Assembly: GCA_037310415.1 (NCBI GenBank)
Contig: CP147780.1
Span: forward strand, 128,001-192,000
Reading direction: 5' to 3'
From: Candidatus Atabeyarchaeum deiterrae
GTDB taxonomy: Archaea > Asgardarchaeota > Atabeyarchaeia > Atabeyarchaeales > Atabeyarchaeaceae
Length of the DNA: 64,000 bases
Part shown: in pieces, positions 1 to 9,149 of the stretch
Numbering within the stretch: the stretch's first letter is position 1
How the letters are laid out: the number at the start of each line of letters is the position of its first letter
Notes under the pieces: generated by a model
The model's database searches: none
Seen by the model: the letters and a program-made list of their open reading frames with translations, nothing else
What the model was told of the DNA's origin: nothing
Position numbers and translations under genes: made by a program

Positions 1-9
1 ATCCTCCCC

Positions 10-882
10 TTGGTCGAAATAGCAATCAGGAGGCGATATCTAAAATCCTACGGCAAAACGCCACGCCAGGGGGCATATAAGGACTTTCACGATCTAGCTT
101 TCAATTTACTGAGGGTTGTCGAGGAAAATCCGAGATGCTTGGCCATAGCCAATCGCCTCTGTAGGGTATTCTGTCACTACATAGAGTTGTCTACTGGCGA
201 GGCGGAGCGCGTCTTAGACGCGCTGAAGATCACTCGGGAGGCTGCTGGAATATTCGTTAGCTACTGTGTGCTCAATCGAACGACGCTTGTCAATCTCGAC
301 GCTCGAGACGACGGCGGAAAATTGGACAAGAGACTCCGTGAGATAATTATCGCCAAAAGTGACAAATATCGTGAACTCCGCGCGAGAATCGTATGGATGA
401 TCTTTCAAGCTCTCGACCAGAACCCATCTGACTTTGACGCATTCAGACCCTACATAGACTTGTGTTTGGAGCAGCAATACAGTACAGAGTTCTACAATAG
501 AATCGAGTTGATTTTAAGTTTTTGGATAAGGAAACGGCCTGATATCTGTATCCATTGGTTCAGATTGATGCTCAAGCAGGTCTCTTACGTAGCGGAGTCT
601 GAGAGTCAAGTAGTTGCTCGAGGCGGCATATGGCTACTCTACGCTGAGAGCATCATTGAGGCAGTAGCTATGGAACGTCCTAGTGAACTGGCAGGGCTAA
701 TGAAAAACCTGGTGACACTTTGGAAAAGCAGAGTGTGGATTGGAGATCTCAGACGATTGTTCGAAAGTTACAGACTGGTATCGGATAAGAAAAGGAGAAC
801 GGAAATCAGGAGCGAGTTTCAGCTCCTTTATGACTCTGTAAATCTGCTGCATCCGAATGCTTGCAAGGTTGACTGGGACTGA
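10..882 (+). CDS. Hypothetical helical protein, probably the 3' part of a gene entering from left of the window
   Basis: 290-aa ORF whose frame is open from base 1; helical, Leu/Arg/Trp-rich; no family motif recognised. Confidence 0.6.
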   Translation: MVEIAIRRRYLKSYGKTPRQGAYKDFHDLAFNLLRVVEENPRCLAIANRLCRVFCHYIELSTGEAERVLDALKITREAAGIFVSYCVLNRTTLVNLDARDDGGKLDKRLREIIIAKSDKYRELRARIVWMIFQALDQNPSDFDAFRPYIDLCLEQQYSTEFYNRIELILSFWIRKRPDICIHWFRLMLKQVSYVAESESQVVARGGIWLLYAESIIEAVAMERPSELAGLMKNLVTLWKSRVWIGDLRRLFESYRLVSDKKRRTEIRSEFQLLYDSVNLLHPNACKVDWD

Positions 883-1144
883 ATGCGCATAGGCGCCCAA
901 CAAGGGATCCGTCAAAAGATTGAAGCCAGTCACTTCAACAAAGAGTAAAGAAAGATATTGAGGCACAATGAATTCTTGAAATCGTAGCAACGTCCGTAAA
1001 AGGGTACCCCGCAAAGAAAGCTTTTCCTGAGAAGAGGCCAGCGTCGGACTCAGGGTTGAGTTTAATGATTCCTTTTTCAACGCCTTTCAATGCTATTCCA
1101 CAAAGAAATGAAGGGGAAATTGTTTCTTCGCTGGCTGCCGCTGT

Positions 1145-3349
1145 CTACTCCTTCTCTAAGAAATCCTCATAGGACGGCGGACGCGGATCCAAACCCCTAC
1201 GCTTCCTAATCTGACCAATAATATCCGCCTGCATACTCTCGGGCACAGGGGCCCAGTGCGAGAATTGGCTAGCCCAGAACGCTCTTCCTTCGGTGGAGGA
1301 TCTGAGTTCTTCTGCGAGTCCGAAGCTTTCGGCTACCGGAATATTGGCTTTCACGATCATCATGTCTTCCTCAGTAGGTATGTCCAAGACATGACCGCGC
1401 CTTTTCTGGATTGTTGACAACACGGGACTGACGAAGTCTGAGGGAACCTTAACTTCAAGCAGCATTATGGGTTCAAGCAGCTTTGGATCACTTAACAGGA
1501 AGCAACACCAAATCGGACGCCAAGTCATAGGCAAAATTTGTGCAGGCCCCCTGTGCACTGGGTCCTCATGAAGTTCTAGGTCTGTTATGTTTACTTTGAG
1601 TCCGTATGCGTGTTCTTTTGTTAGGACGCTGTCGTCTACTGCGTCTCTGAATCCTGCTTTTACTTGTTCTATTACTTCTTCTACGTATTGTCTTCCTTTG
1701 ACTCTGTTGACTAGGATGTTTGTGTCTTCTACTGCTATGACGTTGCGTGCGTCTTCGCTTGGCCAGTTGTATGTTTTTTGGAATATTTGGTGGCGTTCGT
1801 CTTTTGATTGCATGTCGGTTATTTTTTCTTCTTTTATGGCTTGTATGATTTCTTCTGGGAGTTTTTCGATTGTTATCCAGCATCTGTTGTGTTTGTTTGG
1901 TGATTTGCCGAGGATGGGGCGTCCTTCGTAGTTTTTGGTTATGGTTTCTCTGTATATGACTATGGGTTTTGATGTTTTGACTTTTAGTCCTGCTTCTTGC
2001 ATTCTGTATGCGGTTATTTCGAGGTGTAGTTCGCCCATGCCGCTTAGGAGGTATTCGCCTGATTCTTTGTTCATGGTGAATCTTAGGTTGGGGTCTTCGA
2101 GTGTTAGTTTTCTTATGACTTTGTCGAATTTTGGTAGGTCTTGGACGTTTTCTGGTTCTACTGCGACTGTTACTACTGGGTCTGAGACGTAGTGTAGTCC
2201 TTCGAAGGGTTGGACTTCGAGTGTGGGTTCTGATATTGTTTCGCCTACGCGGATTCCTTGTATTCCGCTGATTGCGGCTATGTTTCCTGCGGGGATTTTG
2301 TCGACTATGACTCTGTCGGCTGCCATTGACATGTAGACTTGTTGTATTTTTCCTTCGTTTTTGGATGTGATGAGTTTGATTGGTTTTCCTTTTTCGACTG
2401 TTCCGCTGAAGACTCTTCCGATGGCTATGACGCCGCTTTGGGGGTCTACTTCGATGGTTGATATGCACATTAGGAGTGGGCCTTTGTCATTGACGGTTGA
2501 GAGTGATTTGCCCATTTCGCTTTGTAGGTCTCCTGGCCAGATGACTGGTGCTCTGTAGGATTGGGCTTCTAGCGGATTCGGTAGGTGCTGCACGAACATG
2601 TCTAGTACGGTTTCTTGTAGGGGGGAGCGTTTTGCTAGTTCTTCGAGGCTTCCGCCTTCTTTGTGTGCATCGATTATGTCTTTGAAGGTGAGTTTGTTGG
2701 CTTGCATGTGTGGGTAGTTTGTGCCCCATTTGTAGAGTGCTGCGCCGAATGCGACTCTCCCATCTTCTACCTCGACTTGCCAGTCTTTCTTATGTTCTGG
2801 CGGAGCATATTTCTCTATTAGGGTGTTCACTTTTCTGATGATTTTGGCGAATTTCTCTTGGATGGTTTGTGGGGTAAGTCTGATTTCTTTTATGAGTCGG
2901 TCGACTTTGTTGATGAAGAGAAGTGGTTTCACTCTTTCTCTTAGTGCTTGCATTAGCACGGTTTCTGTTTGTGTCATTGGTCCTTCAACGGCGTCGACGA
3001 CTACGAGTGCGCCGTCGACTGCTCTCAGAGATCTGGTGACGGCCCCAGAGAAGTCGATGTGTCCTGGTGTGTCAATCAGGTTGATGAGATACTCTACCCC
3101 TTTGTAGGTGTGGGCGAGTGAGACGTTGCTTGCAAAGACTGTCATTTGGCGTTTCTGTTCGAGTTCCCACGAGTCCAAGAAGAGTTTCTTTCCGGCAGTT
3201 TCCTGGCTTATTATTCCTGCAGCGGCTAGTAAGCTGTCGGAGAGCGTTGTCTTGCCGTGGTCTACGTGGGCAATGATGCTGGTGTTTCTAATCTTTTGCC
3301 TTTCATTCATTAGTTTTACGATTTCGTCTACTTGCTTGTATCTTCCCAA
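1145..3349 (-). CDS. fusA: Translation elongation factor 2 (archaeal EF-2, probably the aEF-2p paralog)
   Basis: AHVDHGKTT, DTPGHIDF, NKVD, SGMGELHLE, KSPNKHN and diphthamide-loop HRGPAQ; TTG start after GGAGG. Confidence 0.97.
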   Translation of the reverse strand: MGRYKQVDEIVKLMNERQKIRNTSIIAHVDHGKTTLSDSLLAAAGIISQETAGKKLFLDSWELEQKRQMTVFASNVSLAHTYKGVEYLINLIDTPGHIDFSGAVTRSLRAVDGALVVVDAVEGPMTQTETVLMQALRERVKPLLFINKVDRLIKEIRLTPQTIQEKFAKIIRKVNTLIEKYAPPEHKKDWQVEVEDGRVAFGAALYKWGTNYPHMQANKLTFKDIIDAHKEGGSLEELAKRSPLQETVLDMFVQHLPNPLEAQSYRAPVIWPGDLQSEMGKSLSTVNDKGPLLMCISTIEVDPQSGVIAIGRVFSGTVEKGKPIKLITSKNEGKIQQVYMSMAADRVIVDKIPAGNIAAISGIQGIRVGETISEPTLEVQPFEGLHYVSDPVVTVAVEPENVQDLPKFDKVIRKLTLEDPNLRFTMNKESGEYLLSGMGELHLEITAYRMQEAGLKVKTSKPIVIYRETITKNYEGRPILGKSPNKHNRCWITIEKLPEEIIQAIKEEKITDMQSKDERHQIFQKTYNWPSEDARNVIAVEDTNILVNRVKGRQYVEEVIEQVKAGFRDAVDDSVLTKEHAYGLKVNITDLELHEDPVHRGPAQILPMTWRPIWCCFLLSDPKLLEPIMLLEVKVPSDFVSPVLSTIQKRRGHVLDIPTEEDMMIVKANIPVAESFGLAEELRSSTEGRAFWASQFSHWAPVPESMQADIIGQIRKRRGLDPRPPSYEDFLEKE

Positions 3350-3713
3350 AACTGTTCAGCCTCCAGTGTAGAACTAGGAGCTACTGTGTTCTCCCATAAT
3401 TACTACTTGTTAGAATCTTCATCTCAGTCACAATTAGAAGTGATAAGCAACATGGTAGAGCAATGTTTTGAAGTGAAACGATCAAAGTAATGGAGTATAA
3501 AAGTTTTTCTAGGAGCTTTGCAGACAATACCGACCTTTGTGGCTTATTAAAAGTTGTGAGAACTGCTTGACGAATCCGTAATCAGTACCTGTAATGAGGT
3601 AAACACCATCCTGACGTGGGGACCTGTTGAATAGTTTTATAGGATTTGCAATGATAGTGATTGGTGTGAGCCGATGGGTTACCTTCATTCGATGATGTGT
3701 GGCTGAGTCATAG

Positions 3714-4007
3714 TTGAACTCTGAAGGCATTTCGGTAACGCAACTCGTAGATGTTACTGGACAAGGAGTATTCCAATTCAGAGTTGAGGTAGCAACTCCT
3801 TCATCTGACTTCAAGGATATTCCTTTCAGCCATGAGTATATGTTGTTTGGTGTGGATGGGGATGGAAGGAAGCTCTATGCATCTGCGTGGCTTGACCTTG
3901 AGAGTGTCTTGAAAGAAGTTGAACGAATATCGACAGAATTGAAATCGCGGGGCAAGACGGTCCTTGTTTCGAGCAGGGTGAGAAGCAGAGTCGTCGATAC
4001 ACTGTGA
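3714..4007 (+). CDS. Small hypothetical protein
   Basis: 97-aa ORF with protein-like composition, co-oriented just upstream of hypF. Confidence 0.55.
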   Translation: MNSEGISVTQLVDVTGQGVFQFRVEVATPSSDFKDIPFSHEYMLFGVDGDGRKLYASAWLDLESVLKEVERISTELKSRGKTVLVSSRVRSRVVDTL

Positions 4008-4115
4008 TCCTCAGCCATGTTATTCGTTCTTTCGTTTACATACGTGAATTAATCAGCCGAGTGCGCTCATCTGATTGGTGGACTTGAACTAGGGTCAGGA
4101 TGTGTTCTTGCGTTT

Positions 4116-6404
4116 ATGCCAAGGGCTGAGATACTCGTCAAAGGGATCGTCCAGGGAGTAGGCTTCCGCCCATTTATTTACCGAATCGCAGTCAAGAATA
4201 GATTAGCAGGCTACGTCAGAAACCGTGGAGATGCTGGGGTCGAGATTGTAGTCGAGGGAAGAAGAAGTGATATTGACCAGTTTGTGTCTGATATAAGGGA
4301 GGAGAAACCTCCACTTGCCCAGATATATGACATGGACGTCAAGTTCATCGACGGCGTGGACAGTGCTTTTTCCGGATTCTCGATTTCTGAGAGTTCAATT
4401 GAGAGAGAACTTTCAGGATCGGTGGTCCCTCCTGACGTTGCCATATGTGACGAATGTGTGAAGGAACTCAGGAATCCGCATGATAGAAGGCATGATTACT
4501 TCTTCACAACGTGCACGAATTGCGGACCCAGATATACTACGATCCTCGGATTGCCGTATGATAGACCGAATACGACAATGCAGGGTTTTGAAATGTGTGA
4601 TGAGTGCAAGGCGGAGTATGTCGACTCCAAGGATAGGAGGTTTCATGCTCAGACGATCGCTTGCCCTAGGTGTGGACCTAAGGTCTATCTTCTTGAGAAG
4701 GACGGCAGTCGAGTGGAGAGCGAAGATCCTGTTAGAGCTGCGGGAAAACTCATTGAAGAAGGGTACGTGCTGGCTGTCAAAGGTAATGGTGGGTTTCATG
4801 TCGCCACGTCCACTTTGAAGGATGAACCTTTGGATCGACTGAGAAGGGTTAAGCATCGTTCTCAAAAACCATTTGCCATAATGTCGCCGACTATTGGACG
4901 AATACGAGAGTATGCCAGGGTGAATAGATCTGAAGAGGGGCTTCTGACCTCATATATGAAGCCGATAGTTTTACTGGATAAGAGTGAGGATTACCAGCTT
5001 TCAGATCTCGTTGCTCCGGGGTTGCATAATGTCGGGGTTATGTTGCCTTACACAGGCCTTCATATGATGTTGTTTGACGCGGTTGGTGAACCTGCGTTTG
5101 TGATGACAAGTGCCAATCCTTCAGGCGAACCCATAGTTATCGAGGATGATAAGGCACTAAAGGAATTGGGAGGGAACCTTGTTGATTATCTGCTTGTGCA
5201 TAATAGGAGCATTGCGCAGAGATGTGATGATTCGGTCGTCAGAGTATCTCCTGCAGCCACATTGAATATCGTTAGAAGGTCAAGGGGATTCGCCCCTGCA
5301 CCATTACATCTTGAAAGAAGTTCAAAGCTGTGCACGTTAGCCGTTGGCGGCGAGTTCAATGTTACTTCATGCATTCTTCTACGAAACAAAGCATTCATCT
5401 CACAACACGTTGGAGACATAGAAAAGTATGAAACGTTCATGTTCCTCAAACAGGCAACGAGACACCTTGTCAACTTGACGAATGCTAGGGTTGAACTTGT
5501 CGCATGTGATTTACATCCCAAGTTTGCAACTACGATGCTTGCTAGAGCGTTCGGAGAGGAGTTCAAAGCTGATGTGGCACAGGTTCAACATCACCATGCC
5601 CATGTGGCTGCCCTTATGGGTGAACAACTTATCCCAGAAATGATCGGGATCTCATGCGATGGGGCGGGCTACGGAACTGACGGAAATATCTGGGGGGGAG
5701 AGGTGCTTTACTGCACAGAATACGGAAAGAGCTTTGAGAGGCTGGGTCACTTACAGGAACAACCAATGCCAGGAGGGGATTTGGCTGCGCTCCACCCACT
5801 CAGAATGGTTGCAGGTCTGCTTCACGATTACCCTGAGATCGCCGAGCGTCTTCTCAGATCAAGAAGCTCTCGCTTTCCTCATGGCAAGACTGAAATCGAT
5901 GTGGTAATGAAGCAACTGGGGTCCAAGAGAAGCCCTGTCACGTCAAGTTGTGGACGTGTTTTGGACGCCGTTTCATCACTTCTTGGAGTGTGCTATGAAA
6001 GAAGCTATGAGGGTGAACCTGCGATGAAACTTGAGTCGGTTGCTCTGAGAGGAAAGAACAAACTTGATCTCAAGACGGAATTCGTGAACGACAACGTCAT
6101 CCGTACGGACAACCTAGTATTGGCTCTTGTAGAGAACTTGGAAAAGGAAGCTATTCATGATCTTGCTAATTCGGCAGAGGAGTACATTGCAAGAAGCTTG
6201 GCAGATGTTGCGCTGCATGAGGCTGATCGATTGAGCGTCAAATGTATCGGATTTACCGGCGGAGTGGCTTACAATGGTCACATTTATTCCGTGATACAGA
6301 AGGCAGCCACCTCGCACGGATGCAAGTTCTATGGGCATAATGCGGTTCCCCCGGGGGATGGCGGGCTTTCTTTTGGACAGGCAATAGCCACAGGTTTAGG
6401 TTAG
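4116..6404 (+). CDS. hypF: Carbamoyltransferase HypF
   Basis: Acylphosphatase domain GIVQGVGFRPF, two Zn fingers (CDEC/CTNC, CDEC/CPRC), QHHHAH, DGGLSFGQ. Confidence 0.97.
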   Translation: MPRAEILVKGIVQGVGFRPFIYRIAVKNRLAGYVRNRGDAGVEIVVEGRRSDIDQFVSDIREEKPPLAQIYDMDVKFIDGVDSAFSGFSISESSIERELSGSVVPPDVAICDECVKELRNPHDRRHDYFFTTCTNCGPRYTTILGLPYDRPNTTMQGFEMCDECKAEYVDSKDRRFHAQTIACPRCGPKVYLLEKDGSRVESEDPVRAAGKLIEEGYVLAVKGNGGFHVATSTLKDEPLDRLRRVKHRSQKPFAIMSPTIGRIREYARVNRSEEGLLTSYMKPIVLLDKSEDYQLSDLVAPGLHNVGVMLPYTGLHMMLFDAVGEPAFVMTSANPSGEPIVIEDDKALKELGGNLVDYLLVHNRSIAQRCDDSVVRVSPAATLNIVRRSRGFAPAPLHLERSSKLCTLAVGGEFNVTSCILLRNKAFISQHVGDIEKYETFMFLKQATRHLVNLTNARVELVACDLHPKFATTMLARAFGEEFKADVAQVQHHHAHVAALMGEQLIPEMIGISCDGAGYGTDGNIWGGEVLYCTEYGKSFERLGHLQEQPMPGGDLAALHPLRMVAGLLHDYPEIAERLLRSRSSRFPHGKTEIDVVMKQLGSKRSPVTSSCGRVLDAVSSLLGVCYERSYEGEPAMKLESVALRGKNKLDLKTEFVNDNVIRTDNLVLALVENLEKEAIHDLANSAEEYIARSLADVALHEADRLSVKCIGFTGGVAYNGHIYSVIQKAATSHGCKFYGHNAVPPGDGGLSFGQAIATGLG

Positions 6405-6472
6405 ATCCTAATAATGTTCACAATTATCTAGAAGGAGAACATGGAACGCAGAAGAGGCAGGGTAGTGATTGC

Positions 6473-7543
6473 TTGTTTGTTCCAGCGCATACCATCTGGC
6501 TCCTTAGTGATAGCGATGTGAAGGCCCGACTGAGCATCACAAGGGATTTTGTCAAGAGTACCCATGTTGAATCAATTGGCTTTGAAGTTTTGCAGAGAGA
6601 ACAGTCACTCCTAGAGTCAAGGATCAAGACTCAAGTCACAAGGGCGCTTAGGATCAAGAGAGAACTGTCGAGCCTAGGTGTCAAGACGTCTTTATCAGTT
6701 CATACGCCATTCACTCCGATAGGTAGGTTCTGTTTGGCTTCTGAGCGATCCGAGATCAGGAGAAGAGGGATTGAGGCCGTCAAGACATGCGTCGGGCTGG
6801 CGGAACATATTGGAGCACAAGTCGTGAATACTCATCCTGGCGGAATCGTAAAGATCACAAATCGGAACTTCTCGGATCCTGCCGTAAAACGATTGGCGTT
6901 AGCCAATCTGAAAGAGTCGCTAGCTGAGCTAGTCGACTGGATGGAAGGACGCAGTGTAATGCTAGCAGTGGAGAACATTCCTTACCCATTGGAGGAACTG
7001 TTCCAAGGATACTCTCCCCTTGTAGGCATCTTTCCTGAAGACTTTGTGGAAATCTTCAGAGACATTGACTCGAAAGCTCTGGGGTTGACAGTTGATTTCT
7101 GTCACCTTTGGATAACCTTCAAGACGCTGAGGGGATTCAGAGCAATGAAGAAACGCAATTCCTCGGGGCGTGGCACCAACGTCTCTGGCTACCTAGGGTT
7201 GACTTCATATGAATCAGAGGCAATCAAATCCTTTGCAGGTGATCCATTTGAGGCCTTCATGAACAGACTGAACGAGAAAGTGGTTCATGTTCATGCTGCT
7301 GACTCTGACGGTGTTTTCGTTCCAGGAAAGAGTATGGTTTCTGAGGGAATCGCCTTGGGCGAAGGGGATTTGGATCTCAATAGCTTTGCTCGCGCCCTAA
7401 GAGAAATAGAGCGAACAAGAAAGCAAGTTGAGCCCGTAATGATTGTTCTCGAGCCCAAGGAATTGGATTTCGGTAATCCTTTGAATTCATCAAAGAGTCT
7501 ACTCAGACTGGAAGAATTGCTACGGAACAAAGTTGTAGTGTGA
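6473..7543 (+). CDS. Xylose-isomerase-like / AP-endonuclease-2 TIM-barrel metalloprotein
   Basis: SVHTP, NTHPG, VENIP, VDFCHL, HVHAADSDG, LGEGDLD and VLEP metal-ligand pattern. Confidence 0.8.
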   Translation: MFVPAHTIWLLSDSDVKARLSITRDFVKSTHVESIGFEVLQREQSLLESRIKTQVTRALRIKRELSSLGVKTSLSVHTPFTPIGRFCLASERSEIRRRGIEAVKTCVGLAEHIGAQVVNTHPGGIVKITNRNFSDPAVKRLALANLKESLAELVDWMEGRSVMLAVENIPYPLEELFQGYSPLVGIFPEDFVEIFRDIDSKALGLTVDFCHLWITFKTLRGFRAMKKRNSSGRGTNVSGYLGLTSYESEAIKSFAGDPFEAFMNRLNEKVVHVHAADSDGVFVPGKSMVSEGIALGEGDLDLNSFARALREIERTRKQVEPVMIVLEPKELDFGNPLNSSKSLLRLEELLRNKVVV

Positions 7544-7579
7544 CGGCTGACACGCTTCCGTATGTTCTCCACACTCCAA

Positions 7580-7596
7580 ATAAAGGGTTAAATATC
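7580..7596 (+). promoter_or_regulatory. BRE/TATA promoter for hypC-hypB-hypA-hypD
   Basis: AAAGGGTTAAAT about 25-35 nt upstream of the hypC ATG; the same 12-mer precedes the acyl-CoA ligase gene near 21363. Confidence 0.6.
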
Positions 7597-7618
7597 AGAG
7601 GGAGGTTTTGCTTCTATC

Positions 7619-7849
7619 ATGTGCTTAGCGATACCAGCCCGGGTACTGGATGTAAAAGGCGATTCAGCAAGGGTCGACTTTGGCAATGGGACGGTTAAGA
7701 ATGTGAGTGTCGCATTGCTTGAAAGTGTTCGCGTTGGTCAATATGTTATTGTTCACGCTGGATTTGCAATCCAAGTTATGGACAAAAGTGAGGCTAAGAA
7801 AACTTTGGATTTATGGCAGGAGATGCTAGAGATCCCTCAAATGGAGTAG
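7619..7849 (+). CDS. hypC: Hydrogenase chaperone HypC
   Basis: MCLAIPA start and VGQYVIVHAGFAI. Confidence 0.97.
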   Translation: MCLAIPARVLDVKGDSARVDFGNGTVKNVSVALLESVRVGQYVIVHAGFAIQVMDKSEAKKTLDLWQEMLEIPQME

Positions 7850-7983
7850 ATCCCAATCGCGATGTCGATCTGACGTAGGTCTATTCGACTGATTGTCGGT
7901 ATTCTGAGATAATCTGTTTGTGAAGAGTCCTCGTGATATTAGATTCGGTTTTCTTCAAGATTCATTATTGTGGTGAGAGACAT

Positions 7984-8685
7984 TTGCCGAAGGTCATAAA
8001 ATCTGTAGAGGGAGAATCACTCGACATAGAACTTGACGCCGACCTCCTTAGAGAAAATGAGAGGATAGCTGAAGAGAATAAGGAATTTCTGAGAAAACGT
8101 GGAATCGTTGCAATAGATGTTATGGGGTCGGTGGGGTCAGGGAAGACTACTCTAATAGAGCAGATGGTTCAGAGAGTGAAGGGAAAGTACAAAGTGGCTG
8201 CTTTGGACGGAGACTTGAACACTACAATAGATGCTGACTTGATTGAGAGGCATGGGGTTGAAACGATCCAGATCAACACTGGGAAAGAATGCCACTTGGA
8301 CGCTAACTTGGTCAGAAAAGCGCTGAAGGAAATAGATCTTCATAACCTTGATTTGATCATCATTGAAAATGTCGGGAACTTGATTTGCCCTTCAGATTTC
8401 CCGCTGGGTTCATCAAAGAGAATTGTTGTGATAAGCGTAACGGAGGGGCCCTACATGGTTCTGAAGCACCCTATGACCTTTGCACGAGCCGATGTACTCG
8501 TCATAAACAAGATAGAGTTAGCCGATGCGATGGATGTTGATCCAAGCAAGCTGGAGAGTGATGCCAGGAAGGTCAAACCTCAACTCAAGGTTGTAAAAGC
8601 TTCTCTGAGGGCAGGCAAGGGAATTGACGAAGTAATTGATGCATTGGATTTGCCTTCACTAATGAAGGTCAGATCAGGAAGATAG
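7984..8685 (+). CDS. hypB: Hydrogenase nickel-insertion GTPase HypB
   Basis: GSVGSGKTT, ECHLDA, ENVGNLICP, NKIE; start moved to TTG 7984 after a GGTGA RBS. Confidence 0.95.
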   Translation: MPKVIKSVEGESLDIELDADLLRENERIAEENKEFLRKRGIVAIDVMGSVGSGKTTLIEQMVQRVKGKYKVAALDGDLNTTIDADLIERHGVETIQINTGKECHLDANLVRKALKEIDLHNLDLIIIENVGNLICPSDFPLGSSKRIVVISVTEGPYMVLKHPMTFARADVLVINKIELADAMDVDPSKLESDARKVKPQLKVVKASLRAGKGIDEVIDALDLPSLMKVRSGR

Positions 8686-8734
8686 CGGCTCCCGCTTTTC
8701 GTACCTAATAATGATAGTAGGCGATTAACGACAG

Positions 8735-9145
8735 ATGCATGAGTTTTCGGTGGCACAGCAGATCGTCCAGACTGTACTTGAAGAAGCACAGAAACACGGA
8801 GCCAAACGAGTCACCTCGGTTCATCTCATAATCGGCAAGCTCACTTTCTTAGGAGCTGAACAGATCAGATTCTCCTATCGCCTAATAGCTAAAGGGACAA
8901 TATTGGAACGTTCAAAACTAGTAATAGAGCAGAAGAAACCCACGGTTAAATGCGACAGCTGCGGCTACGCTGGTCCAGCTAAGTACATAAATGATCCAGC
9001 ATTTCATTTCTCAATCCCAACATTGACTTGTCCAAAGTGTGGGCACCAAGTCACGATCACATCTGGAAGGGAGTGCACGATTAAGGACATTGGCATAATA
9101 ACGGATGAAGAAGGCAGCAGTTCAGAGAGAACTAATAGGGGGTGA
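8735..9145 (+). CDS. hypA: Hydrogenase nickel metallochaperone HypA
   Basis: MHEFS start, CDSC and CPKC Zn site, SGRE. Confidence 0.97.
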   Translation: MHEFSVAQQIVQTVLEEAQKHGAKRVTSVHLIIGKLTFLGAEQIRFSYRLIAKGTILERSKLVIEQKKPTVKCDSCGYAGPAKYINDPAFHFSIPTLTCPKCGHQVTITSGRECTIKDIGIITDEEGSSSERTNRG

Positions 9146-9149
9146 CGAG

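Noticed and set aside
1566-2468. 300-aa Arg/Lys/Thr-rich ORF overlapping EF-2 (also 2487..2729)
   Set aside because: Open only because EF-2 wobble positions lack T; a by-product of the skew, not a gene
3509-3814. 101-aa minus-strand ORF
   Set aside because: Antisense to the more plausible 3714..4007 ORF; no motif
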